Shown here: one piece after another, positions 52,601 through 64,000 of the stretch
Layout: the number at the start of each line of letters is the position of its first letter
Numbering within the stretch: the stretch's first letter is position 1
DNA from: Vitrella brassicaformis CCMP3155
Lineage: Eukaryota; Protista; Chromerida
Length of the DNA stretch: 64,000 nucleotides
Direction: 5' to 3'
Assembly: GCA_001179505.1 (NCBI GenBank)
Contig: CDMY01000182.1
Span: forward strand, 112,301 to 176,300
The notes under the pieces: model-generated
Databases searched by the model: none
Seen by the model: only the letters and a program-made list of their open reading frames with translations
Told to the model about the DNA's origin: nothing
Position numbers and translations under genes: made by a program

Positions 52601-52963
52601 CGGCGTCATGGGCGACTCAAGAACATACGAAATGGTACGGTACCATCTCAGACATACACACACTCACACAGACGGCCGCAAAGGGGGAAGTGGATGTGCC
52701 GTGCTGCGTGTGTCAGGCGTGTTGCATCCGTGCGGTGGCGACGAGCGATTTCATGACGGCTGACTGGTACCACATGCCCTACGATGTCCTGGTCAGCCAC
52801 ACACACACACATACAGAGAGAGAGAGAGATCCATATGTCTTGTGTGTGTGTGTGTTTGGATCAGGCGCGTTGCTCGAGCCGCATCATCAACGAGGTGACA
52901 GGCATCAACAGGGTCTGCTACGACATCTCATCCAAACCACCAGCCACCATCGAATGGGAATAA
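49611..52963 (+). CDS. guaA: GMP synthase (glutamine-hydrolysing)
   Basis: [82 protein letters not shown] and [11 protein letters not shown]. Confidence 0.97.
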
Positions 52964-53899
52964 CTCAACAAACACCTCACACACTTAGTCACTTACACAG
53001 ACAGGCATACAGGCCATCTCCATCTCTCTCTCTCTCTCTCTCTCCATCCATGTCGCTCTCGCTCTGTCTGCGTACGCCCCGCCCATACATATGCGCACGA
53101 CCGACACGCCACAGCTCTTTTTTCCTCAGCTTGCTGGCTGCACCACACCCACTTGGCTGGCTGAGCTGATGTGGTGTGGCGGTTGGTGTCTTCTCCCTCC
53201 ACCCCTCAGCCGGTGCTGGTTGGTCATTTCCGTGGTTTTTCGTACCCTCCTGGATGAATGGATGGATGGATGACTGTGAAGGCGTGAGTGTGTCGCATCG
53301 TTCAGGAAGGAGCGATCTCTGTGTGCGTGTGTGTGTGTGTGTGTGGCTGCTGTGTCTCGTGCGAGTGAGACGAGCGAGCTTCTTGACGTGGTGTCATTTG
53401 CAGCTGTCATGACACACACAGTCCAGGGACAGCCGAACCAACCCTGCCTCTGACTGACGGTGGCCATGACATTACCTGTGTGTGTGCACGTGGTCTTTCC
53501 GTCCAGAAAGCTCTACAAGTGCCCCGGATCTATCTCTTATACACCCACCCACTCAACTCACTCACACACACGCACGCCACGCGTCGCGTACCCATAAACT
53601 GCTCATGTCCATCCATCCATCCATCCATTCGTCCCGCACAGCAAAAAACAGAAGGCACAGAGAGCCTGCCTTCCCATCCAGGTCTCTCTTGTGTGTATGG
53701 TCTCGCTGACTCTCGCATGGCAAACAAAACCAGCACCAATCGCAGCTCTCAGCTCACGCCCCCCGCTCTCCTGCCTTAGTATATTATATACACAGCAATG
53801 GTACACATGTTGGTGGTGTGCACCACTCAGCTCGTGTGCGGGGGGTACAGGATTCCATCCATCCATCCATCCATCTCCATGTGCCCAGACACATGCCGA

Positions 53900-55847
53900 T
53901 CATGAAGTCGATTGTGCCGGGTAGATATCAGCGTCTCGCGCAAGGATCTCTGTCGTCTCAAACGTCCTGCACACACACACAGAGGGTTTGAGCAGAGGCC
54001 AATCTTTCCGTTCCGTCCATCCATCCTTCCCCCTCAGCCCACTACCTGAGTGAAGGCCCATAAGTCCTGAATTTCCTGTCTGCCTGGTAGCGGCGCATGT
54101 CGGGTGTCCAGTCGAGTGATAGCGCCCCCGCCTCGCCCTCGCCGATCGACAGGGGGAAGGACAGCGTCAAGTGGCCGTTGAAGAACAGCTGTACCAAACA
54201 AACAACACACAGATCTCCGTTCAACGGACATTCTCTCTCTCTCTCTCTCTCATGTGTCTGTCTCATGTGTCTGTCTGTCTGTCTGCCTGTTTACCGACCT
54301 CAAAGTAGTTCTGGCCGATCCGCTCGGCTGGCTTGTCATAGAGACCGTGCCCCCATTCACCTGCACACACAACACCCATCCATCCATCCATCCATCCATA
54401 TACGTGACCACAGTACAAAGATACAGCGCCTGCTGTTCGCGTGCGCATGAGTGATTGGTGGATTGGTGGATTGATGCCCACTGACTGACCGTAGAAGGCG
54501 TCTTCGTTGGCCAGAGGCGGCTCCCCGAGCCGCTCGCGGATGACCGCCAGCTGCCTCAAAGTCCACACTTTGCGTGGAGGTGTCCCTGTCTCTGTCTCTG
54601 CGTCTGTGTCAGGTGGTGTGCTCTCCCGTTGGAAGCCGAACACACCCCGCACCCTCCGGCCCTCTGACTTGATGCCGACCTGACGCGCACAACAGACAGA
54701 CAGACAAGCAGACAGACACCCATATCAATCGCATGAATGAAATGCCATCGCCTCTCTCTCTCCCCTCGTTGCTTGGTTTACCTCCGTCCAGATGATGTCG
54801 TCTTGGCTGTTGATCTTGTCGTCGGCCGACGAGAGGATGGGTGCGAGGGGCACTGAGGCAGACTGCGGGGCGGGCACCCACGAGGGGGATGGGAACCCCG
54901 CCAGCGTGAACGCATTCCCAACTATCTGGACCGACCGACCGACACAAAGCAAAGGACACAGATGATGAAATACACCAGAGATGTACACCTGTGTGTGTGT
55001 GTGTGCATTTGACGCGCACACACACACACCTACCTGGTTGCCTTGTTTGGCCCGGAAGTCGTGTGGATAGTACACGACCTCCATGGGCAGGGGATAGCCC
55101 TGCCGGGCACTGCCGGCACCGCCACCGTCCTTGACGGGCACCTGGGACGACGTGATCCTCAGCAGTCGGTACCCCAGCTTCGGATCACTCTTGACAGCGA
55201 TAGTCGTCTCTATCGACGCCGTCTCTGACACACAACACATACACACCCAGAGAGAGAGGGGGAGAGATGGATGGGTGGGTGCATGTGCTACATGCAGGTG
55301 AGCAAGTTGAAGAAAGCGGGCGGCCATGGTCACTCACTCACCGACCGTTTTTCAGTATGATGAATGGGGCGGGGAGGGGGGAAGAGGACGCTGCGGCGGT
55401 GGTGCCCTCTTCGCCTTGTTTCGCCTTGGCTATCTGGTAGATCTGGGCGACCCCATACCAGGTACCCACATGCTCCACCATCTTGTTGAACTTTATCACA
55501 GACAGACAGACAGACAGACAGAACAAAGCCGGCCGGCATGTGTCTGCATCTACTCGTCTGTCTATCTGTGCGCACCGAACCTGCCATGCGTCATTGTCGG
55601 CGAGTTCCCTCGCTCTCCGCCTCAGATACTCATCATCATCCAGCCCGTCGTACTCATCGCCATACTGCTGCAGCTGCTGCAGCTTGCCTCCTTCCCGTCT
55701 CTCTGGCCGCCTCCAGGGAAAAGCTGACCGCAGGAAGGTCCTTCTGCCGCCACACACGCTGGTTCTGCCGATGGTGCTGAGGAAGGCGCCGCTCTCGCAC
55801 ACCACTGCAATCAGCAGACATAGCAACACCGCCGCGCTGGACAGCAT
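53900..55847 (-). CDS. Plastid-targeted protein of unknown function, possibly DUF3598/BFA1-like beta-barrel
   Basis: Signal MLSSAAVLLCLLIAVVCESG followed by AFL and an Arg/Ser-rich transit-like stretch; multi-exon ORF (HVGTWYG…; LSLDWTPDMRRYQADRKF…TFETTE). Family guess is from memory of the motif layout only. Confidence 0.55.
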
Positions 55848-56416
55848 TGGGAGCCAGATCTCCTTAGCTAGTCTCGCAAACAGTGAGCTCGCAAAAGTGT
55901 GATGCTGCGACGTTGGGACGTGACGTGATGCTGCTGTGAATCCGCGACGCTGAATCCGCTGCTGCCGTGAATCCGCCGACATCATCCGTACAGTTCACAT
56001 GAAACCGGATATGTTGCGACTTGATGAGTCTGTGGCCGAGTGGATCTTGCACCTGGATCAGCGCAAACACCAAGAGCAGCAGGGCACCACTGAGATGACG
56101 ACGCATCTCGTTCAGCCGCATTGTGTGTGTGTATGTGTGTGTGTGTGTGTTTGTGTGTGTGTGCAGTGCGTCTGTGTGGTCGGCGTGGCGAAGAAGCACG
56201 AGGACGAAGGCAGACGCACTGACTTGATCGGCGCATTCGCGTGAAAGATCAGCACTTGCGGTAAGTATCATTCTGGATGTCGGGTGTGTGTGTGTGTGTT
56301 GTGACTGCGTGTGCCACACAAGTCCGATTGCTGCCATCATGCTACATGTACCCGTGCTTTGCTTTAGAGCCTGCCTGGTGGGCTCTCTCTCCCTCTCTTT
56401 TCTGCAGGAGAGGGTT

Positions 56417-57470
56417 ATGGATGTACTTTTCCGCTACCGCAGCCAGAGGGAACTGTGGTGGTTTGATGTGCGCGGAGTGACGGTTGAGATACCGATCACG
56501 GTGGGTGGTCTCCGCGGGACCGTCTTCGAGCAGCTGAGAGCAAGAGGGTTTCCTCTGTGAGCATACACACATACATCCACGTGTTACAGTACATACTTGT
56601 ATGTGTCTGTCTGGGTCGCTCTCTCTCCTCAGCCATTGTGGCTCCAACGAGCTGACTTTCCCCGAGGATGCGGACCTCAACGATGCCGATGACACGGCCA
56701 TCGTCGACTTCATACTCCAGGAGTATCTGTCGCCGGATGACGGTGCGGTTCTCGTCGTGGAGGCACCCGACGGCCCACGCATCACGCGATACTTCAAGCT
56801 CGTTTGGGACACGACGACAAACATTGGGTTGGAAGACCACCAGAAGAACATCAACGCGCCGACAGGGGGTATATTCACACTGAAGTTCCGCGACGGCGCC
56901 AATGGAAGCCAGCTATTGTACGCCATCATGGACATGAGAAAAGAGGAACTCAGGTAATTAATTAGTCATGAGCACATTTATATCACTAGTTGGTCGTGTG
57001 GATGTCCACACTATGGTGGATGGAGTGTCGATGTGTGTGTGATGTGTGCAGGCACACCAACGAGGCCCTCGTGGGGTACCGTGACTTCATAGTAGGCTTT
57101 GGCTTACCCACCACTGCTGACACGTTCGGAGAGCTTGGGAGAGACCGGGACCATCCAATTATCGTCACCGCCCCGCCTCCCCCGATGCCGGCTCCCCCGA
57201 GCCCTTGTAACGAACACACACGCACACACACACACACACACATCCTCTCAATGCCACTGCTTGCGCGTCTCTTTGTGTGTTCTGCCTGTACGTTGTGCCT
57301 GCAGCGTTGTGGCAGCGCTGCGAAGACTGCATGCGGTAATCGTACAAGGGGACACATCGAGTCCATCTCACCTGTCATTGACGCATCTTCTCGTGTCTGC
57401 AGGTCAACATTCTCGAGTATCTTCGGCTTCCAACAAAGGAGTTCTTCGTCGGAGGAGTCGGCTACCTCTG
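56417..57470 (+). CDS. Hypothetical protein with repeated N-terminal header-like domains and Pro-rich linker
   Basis: Exons MDVLFRYRSQRELWWFDV…, …DDGAVLVVEAPDGPR…, …RDHPIIVTAPPPPMPAPPSP; 3' end uncertain. Confidence 0.45.
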
Positions 57471-58587
57471 AGCCGCTGATTAATCAGCCGGCGAATGATG
57501 TGAAGGCATTGCTGATGAATCGGTGGTCCATCGATAGTCGGTGGATCCGTAGGTGGTTCACAGGGCATAGGGGGATGACGTGAGGGAGGGGGTTCTCACT
57601 CACACACAATGTGGACGAATCAAGTACATGGGTCCGCGCCTGCGTGCCTTCTCGATCACCGGCTCCGCGTGTGTGTTATTTATGGGGCCACGACATTGGA
57701 TGATTGTTTGTCAATCGGTGTCACCCATGTAACTCATGCACCACCCACCCACCCACCCACCCCCTCACACACAGACAGACAGACAGACAGACGTGTATGT
57801 CATTGAATGTCTCAGCCAGCCAGCTAGCCAAACCGCTCCAAGCCACATAGACACTGGTGACACAGACAGACAGACAGACGAGCGACAGGAGAGCTGCGCA
57901 TCGACCGGGCCCACCAGCACCACACACACAAAAGCGCACACACAGCATCCAGTGCACTCACCCGCCAAACGGCAAGCCGGGCAAGGAAGGACAGACAGAC
58001 AGGAAGACAGGCAGGCAGGCAGGCAGGCGCTGCCAGGTAGGGAGGAGTAGAAAGAAAGAGAGTCGGGCAGCCCATCCATCCATCCATCCATCTCATGGTC
58101 CTAGGAAAGCCGCCCCATTCTCTCTCTCTCTCGTCTCTCTGTCCCTCCCTCCCTCCCTCCCTCTCTGTTCAAATCAGCCAGCCAGCCGCATGTCATGTTG
58201 ACACCCACTAGTCGCCCAGCCCCACACACCCACACACAGGGGTGACTGATTGATCAGGCAGACAGTCAGGCAGGCAGGCAGGCAGGATCTCTGAGATCTG
58301 TCTGTCTGTTTTTGTGTGTGTCTGTGATGCCGTCCAGCCATAACAGAGGGAGTTTGTGTGATTAGGGGCGGGCGGGCAGGCCTTACACATGCACACACAG
58401 CACACCCAGGTACACACAACAGCAGCTTGGGCAACACAAGAGGAAGCGCTGGTGGATGTGTGTCTACGCCCATCGGTCGGCTGCCAAATGAAGAGACAGA
58501 CAGACACACACACAGACACACAGACACACAGGATGAACCACTTTGTGTGTATCTTGTTGCACTTGTCTCTCTCTTTCCCCCAATCTC

Positions 58588-58622
<35 letters not shown>

Positions 58623-58924
58623 GTGTGCGTGCGTGTGTGTTTGTGTGTGTGTGTTCGGCTGGTGGACATTTGTCTATATGCACCCGGCTATTTCAACGAG
58701 GCGTCGAGGCCGAGACAGTGGCGGGCCGTCCGGTGGCAGTCACACCGCCACCACCAAAGACATTCATCGAATTCGTCAAGTCAAGAATGGCCAGGCAGCG
58801 AGGGACACCCTCCTCTACGTCCCTTGTTCTGTCTGGCTTGTGTGTAGGTTGAGGACCAGGGCTCGCTCCTCAAGTTGACGGACCGCAAAGGAGATAAAGG
58901 TGGCCGCCTCGCAGTACGCTTCCT

Positions 58925-58972
58925 AATGGCCGCCAGGCCGACCACCAGGACGATACCGAAGCCGAAGGGCCG
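58925..58972 (-). pseudogene. Degenerate copy of the MRFGFG signal-peptide exon
   Basis: Encodes FGFGIVLVVGLAAI without an ATG. Confidence 0.6.
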
Positions 58973-59574
58973 CGGCTTTTGGACCAGTGCGTGGCTTCTG
59001 GGTGCACGTTCAGGTCAGATGCCCACACAAACTCTCTCAACTCAAAGGGCTGTCAGATCAGTGTCATGTTTGCTTGTATGCGTGTCTGTCTGTCTGTCTG
59101 TGTCAACGGATGTGTGCACCGTGCCTGTCTGCACAATGCCATCATGTTTTTGTTGTTCGAGAGGTTTTTGGGCAACGTCTGAGTGTGCCTTCGATCTCGG
59201 CATCATGTCGGGTGTAGATAGATAGACATTCAGGTCTCCCTCCCTATGTGTGTAGTACCGAGGAGTTGTATGTGTTGTGTTTCTGCCTGTAGCGTGCATT
59301 GCAAATGAGTGCACAGCGAGAGCTCTTTGAGGGAAGATGCATGTCCATCCGTCCGTGTTTTTGTTCTTTTGGTGTCAGTCAGCCAGTCATCAGTCATTGT
59401 CCATCCACACCACACCGCACCCGGCCTGCCTGCCTGCCTTGATCCACTGACTGACTGACGTACATGACACACCCACCCACCCAGATGCGATCGATGCATG
59501 GAGTACGCAAAGAAATGAATGGGGCTGCCTGCCGGCTGCATTCCACGGTCTCTCTCATCCACGGTCTGCGGGTC

Positions 59575-60381
59575 TGCCCAGGAGTTTGTACGTCAAGGGC
59601 GGCGATTCCTTGGCACCCCAGAGGAGGATCTGACAGACAGACAGGGACCACACACAGCCCACGTGTGTGTATGTGACAGAAGCACGCGCACGTCTGTCTC
59701 TGTGTGTGGATGGAATAGTGTTGACATACGAAGTGCTGCTTTTCGAAGCACAGAGGCTCGCCCTCCTTGTCCTTGGCCATGGTCGAGGCTGCACACAGTA
59801 TGCACCACACAGACGACAAACAGCAGCCAGCACGGTTTACCGTGCCGTATCGATGCGCAGAACCATGTATGTATACACAATATGTAATAGCATATGCACG
59901 CACGTTCGCAGGCCTCTGTCGCGGATGGGCTGGTAGTGGCTGATCGGCAGTTCCCTATGCCATAAGCCGAGGGGCCGTGTTTTGCATCCACGAATCCGAA
60001 TTCGAGAACTAAGGCAGGCAGGAAATGAGTACAATCAATCAATCAATCCCTATGGGCGTGCGCGTGCGCATACCGCATGTGTGTTTGTCTGGACACCCCT
60101 CGACGTCTCCGTACTGTTTCGTGACGTCGACATCCCACTCTCTGGTGGTTTTGTCTGTCGTTTTGGGCTGGCATCACAAGTGCATACGTTATCCATCAAT
60201 TGCATGCTGCATGTCTCTCACTTACCGAGCCCAGTATCCAGCGCATCACGCAAGGCGTGGGTTTTCCAGCACCTTGGGCGACAAGGGGTCTGCCTCCGTG
60301 GGGATGGATGAAGCTGCCGCCGCCCACCGCACGCCCGGCGGCCAGACAGAAGAGGAGCGATGCCAGGAAAACACCGGCCAT
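59575..60381 (-). CDS. Secreted Cys-rich protein, family member 1 (exon 1/2 phase mismatch; possibly a pseudogene)
   Basis: Signal MAGVFLASLLFCLAAG; in-phase exons KQYGDVEGCPDKHTC / VLEFGF…YGIGNC…EACE / …EGEPLCFEKQHF / ILLWG…. Confidence 0.45.
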
Positions 60382-60889
60382 CTCTTTTGCTCTACTTTGG
60401 CTCGCGCAATTAACGCACGTCTCTCTTTCTGTCCAGTGCAGACCGCTTCCTGCTTCGCTCAGGCACGGGATATCGATTAGAAGAATCGGAATACGGAAGA
60501 ATTGGGATGTCAGGACGAGACGCCAAGTGGGGGTCGGGTCGCCCCCTCATGCATGCTTGCATGCCAACTCATCTTTGCTTGCTTGCTTTTTGCTGTGGCT
60601 CGCCCAGTGGGCAAGAAGCGTCCGATCAGGGTTTGTTACTGGCCGTTTTTCTCTGTTCGCTTCCAAGCTATGTAGCTTGACACACTGAAGCAAGGCGAGT
60701 CAGTGAGGTTGGTTGGGAGAGATAATCATTCCCTTCCGTAGAAGCGCTCACCGCGCCCATTGGCTTTACTCACTGATGCGCGGACTCTGACTGCCTCGTG
60801 AATGATGGTTGGGAGCGTGCTTGAGATCGGAAGAGCCACCTCGAGATCTGCTGGAGCACACGCAAGGTGAAATCTCAAGGTAAAGCTTC

Positions 60890-61075
60890 CCAATGGCCCC
60901 CAGGCCCACCACCAGGACAATACCGAAGCCGAAACGCATCATGGCGACTCGACTAAAGCTCCGCAGACGGACGGACGGACGGACGTCAGGAAACCAACGA
61001 ACGAGGCGTGACGCTTGTTAGAAAACTTGGGATTTCCCGCGAAAGTCGTCCTGGCCGCGTGGCTACGGCCTCCTC
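60890..61075 (-). pseudogene. Orphan copy of the promoter + MMRFGFG signal-peptide exon
   Basis: Same ccgtccgtc…ggagctttagtcgag…atgatgcgtttcggcttcgg block as 45635 and 62954; homology is lost after GLGAI. Confidence 0.7.
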
Positions 61076-61750
61076 TGGTCTTGGCCGACTGGCTGCCTGT
61101 GTGCATACACCTCCGTGATCATGTGTGTGGAAAGAGCGCTTCACCTTTTGTCAATAATTGATTGATGCGTCCGTGCGTCCCTCTCTCTCTCACCATTATG
61201 GACGCACACGAATATGCACTCCGGCCGGTATAGAACGCGCCGCACGACTGTCCCTCTCTCTGATGTGACTGACGAATGTGCACCCACCTCCCTTGACGTA
61301 CACAGACAGACAGGCCATCCATCCATCCATCCATCCAGTCTTCTCTGTGCTGTCCATACCGTCGGAAATGACAGAGAGCGGCAGACCACAACACGCCACA
61401 CCACACAGACACAGACGGGGTGAACACATTTCAAAACCCATCATTCGGTCACGCAGGCAGGCAGACAGCCAGGCGGAAAGGAAAAAGCTGTTGCTAATTC
61501 CCACGCACGAGCCAAGAGGCAGCAGCGAACATGCCTTTTGATCTCTCTCCCTGCCTCTCTTCGTAGTCGCTGTGGCATGGGGAGGGGCAGACAGACAGAC
61601 AGACCCGGAGAGAGAGAGTTTGGCACGCCACACAATACATGTACACCTCTTTTCAAAATCAATCAGAGAATGCCGATGAGTGTGTGCGTCTTGTGTCACG
61701 CTAGCCATGCCGACGCACGCCATCAATTAGCTATAAGGACGGTAAAACGA

Positions 61751-61785
<35 letters not shown>

Positions 61786-61854
61786 TCCATATGTCTTGTG
61801 TGTGTCTGTTTGGCTGTGTGTGTGTGTGTGTCTGGATCAGGCGCGTTGCTCGAG
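61751..61854 (+). repeat. Copy of the GMP synthase last intron/exon junction (52801-52878)
   Basis: Shared unique words gagatccatatgtcttgtg and ggatcaggcgcgttgctcgag in the same order. Confidence 0.75.
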
Positions 61855-62115
61855 AGCAAGGAACAAAGGAGAGACCACACACTCACACCCAGACAGGAAG
61901 GCAGGCAGACAGACAGTCAGGCAACACGTGGATGCACTCACCCCCGAAGAAAATGCAGCCACGTTCCTCCCCTCTCTCTTTTGCATACAAGTCACCCACA
62001 TGGGTATGTAGCCATCTCCCTTACACCCCCCCATGCAGGCAGACAGCCAGGCAGCGATAGAATGGTATATGCTCAGCATGTGTGTGTGGGTGTTTGGCGC
62101 AGCGCCACGTGCTCA

Positions 62116-62954
62116 CTACTTCTTCCAAAATGACTTCTTCTGCTTCTCTCGCACGCAGAACTTGTGCGGCCATCCAAAGACATCGTCTTGTTCAATTCGC
62201 GTGCACACCTTCTGTGCGTCCTGGTCAGAGAGGCAGATGCCCCTGACGGCCGACTCAGCGTAGCTAGTGCGGCGTATGTCTATCACACAGACGGGCTCCT
62301 TGCCGCCGCATTCTGGCCAATGGACGACGAGCAGCCCGTCTTCATTCTTACCCACCGAGCACGGGTCCTCTTTGATGGTCGCAACTGCAGACAGACAGCG
62401 TACCCCCGGCTACCCCTGTAAAGGTACGTACGGTGTGTGCGTGCCTTTCTGCGCGCTGCCGGCTATCGCGGCGATCTGCCCCAGCGCATTGGTGATGGCT
62501 TCCATGGCCGTGGCAGTCAGTTGCTGGGCGGTCGTGTGCATGTGATGAGCGGCCGTGAGGGTGCTCTTGGCGTGGTCGAGCTGCAGCTGCACCGATGACA
62601 TCTGCTGGGCCTCCAACGCCACGGACATCTCACCGCCTGCAGCCACCCATCGAACACATCAACCAACATCAGTGAACACAGACAGATCCGACGAATGAGT
62701 CCACATATCGGACCCGGCCACCTACCGAGCTCTGCAGCCAGCCATAGATGGATCAGCCATCCAGCCATCCGACGGACAAAAGAAAAGCAGAAAGAAAGAG
62801 ACAGCATGGCAGATCTGCCACCGTTCGATGGTCGGTTCGGTGTGGGTGTGCCCCCCTGTGGCTTACGTCGGGCATAGTTGCGCTGAGCCGCCAGCAACGG
62901 CTGCACAATGGCCGCCAGGCCCACCACCACGACCATACCGAAGCCAAAACGCAT
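62116..62954 (-). CDS. Secreted protein: MRFGFG signal exon + helical exon + Cys-rich domain (family member 2)
   Basis: Three in-phase exons, the second intron with a GC donor. Six-Cys C-terminal domain PCSVG…ECGGKEPVCVI…GICL…VC…FC…SFWKK*. Confidence 0.7.
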
Positions 62955-63411
62955 TATGGCGGCTTGGCTAAAGCTCCGCAGACGGACGGACGGACGGACG
63001 TCGGAATGAACCAACAAACGATGCGTGACGCTCGTGAGAAAACTTCAGATCTCCGGGGGATTTCCGGCGAAAGTCCGCGGGGAGTATCGTGTGGGCCGGG
63101 CCGGCCCCCGTCTCAACGTCTTACAGCCCACAGCTGCCTGCCACTGGGGGCTTTGCCACAAGGCCTTGTGACGCAACGCCTTGCACCAGGCCAGGGACTC
63201 CGAGCGCCGCACAGCCTGCCGCCTTAAGGTCTCCTGTCCCGGAAGCCTCTCTGGGTGTCCTGTCCCTGACTGAGCGTCCCTTCACCATTTGAGTTGCCTG
63301 CGGCTTTCGAGACGGTGAGCGAGACGAGGCGGCCGGGGGCTGACTGCCACGCCGTCACAGTGTGCCATTAGCATGGGATGGCTCTGTTCCGTTTGGTGCA
63401 TGTCATTGCAG

Positions 63412-63943
63412 ATGGCATCCGTCGTGCCGGCCCTTCTGTTTAAGGCCCTGGTGCTCGCCTCCTGCGTCGCTCTGGTGACATGCAAGAACCTCCAGCCTGA
63501 GCCGTGCAAGGTCCAGCTGATACCCCACTACACCGAGCTCAAGCGATGCGAAGTGCAGCCTTCGGATCGCACGGAAATCGAAGGAACGGTGAGACGTCGC
63601 AGAAGATGGCCTTACGACGCTTCTGTGCCGTCTGTACACAGGCACAGATGTACGGACACATCATTCCTGGTAGTGACTGCCCACGCAAAGAGACCTGTGT
63701 CGTCAACAAGGTGAGCTAGGAATCGATAGATGCGGGAGCGTTTCATATCTGCCCTTCCGCTGTCTCTCCGGACGACAGATACGGGTGACTCAGCGACAGG
63801 GTGTCCAAGGAGTGGGCACATGCGAGAAGTTGGAGACAGCGCCTTCCGATGAGGTGGCCAAACACTGCAACTCAGCTGGTGTCATGCTGCTTCCGTGGAG
63901 GACGCCAAGGACGTGGTGCATGGCCGCCAAGGAAGCAGCATGA
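63412..63943 (+). CDS. Secreted Cys-rich protein, family member 3, running into an inverted repeat
   Basis: Signal MASVVPALLFKALVLASCVALVTC; in-phase exons …EIEGT / AQMYGHIIPGSDCPRKETCVVNK / IRVTQRQGVQGVGTCEKLETAPSDEVAKHC. Confidence 0.6.
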
Positions 63944-64000
63944 CACCAGCTGAGTTGCAGTGTTTGGCCACCTCATCGGAAGGCGCTGTCTCCAACTTCT
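63825..64000. repeat. Perfect inverted repeat: 70 bp arms (63825-63894, 63931-64000), 36 nt loop
   Basis: The right arm is the exact reverse complement of the left arm up to the window edge. Confidence 0.95.

Noticed and set aside
695-63821. Hundreds of ORFs rich in CVCVC/THTHT/LSVCL/DGWMD
   Set aside because: Translations of intronic (GT)n, (GTCT)n and (GGAT)n microsatellites, not proteins.

Overview
Eukaryotic, intron-dense nuclear DNA with (GT)n/(GTCT)n/(GGAT)n-rich introns and nuclear genes carrying bipartite plastid leaders, most consistent with a chromerid such as Vitrella (inference). Core spliced genes: USP7-like C-terminus, IspG, YKT6, type II NAD(P)H dehydrogenase, cytochrome P450, hybrid histidine kinase (HisKA-HATPase-REC), 2H cyclic phosphodiesterase, ZMYND10, GMP synthase and a plastid-targeted unknown. 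The accessory block at ~14-28 kb holds a decaying multi-TM gene family. One copy is interrupted by a ~1.3 kb AT-rich viral fragment whose A32-type packaging ATPase is split by an internal ~233 bp inversion; flipping it back restores a 224 aa ORF. A shared promoter+signal-peptide exon and a phase 1-1 helical exon are reused on unrelated passenger domains. A cluster of Cys-rich secreted proteins ends in a perfect >=70 bp hairpin at the window edge. All exon assemblies were done by eye.
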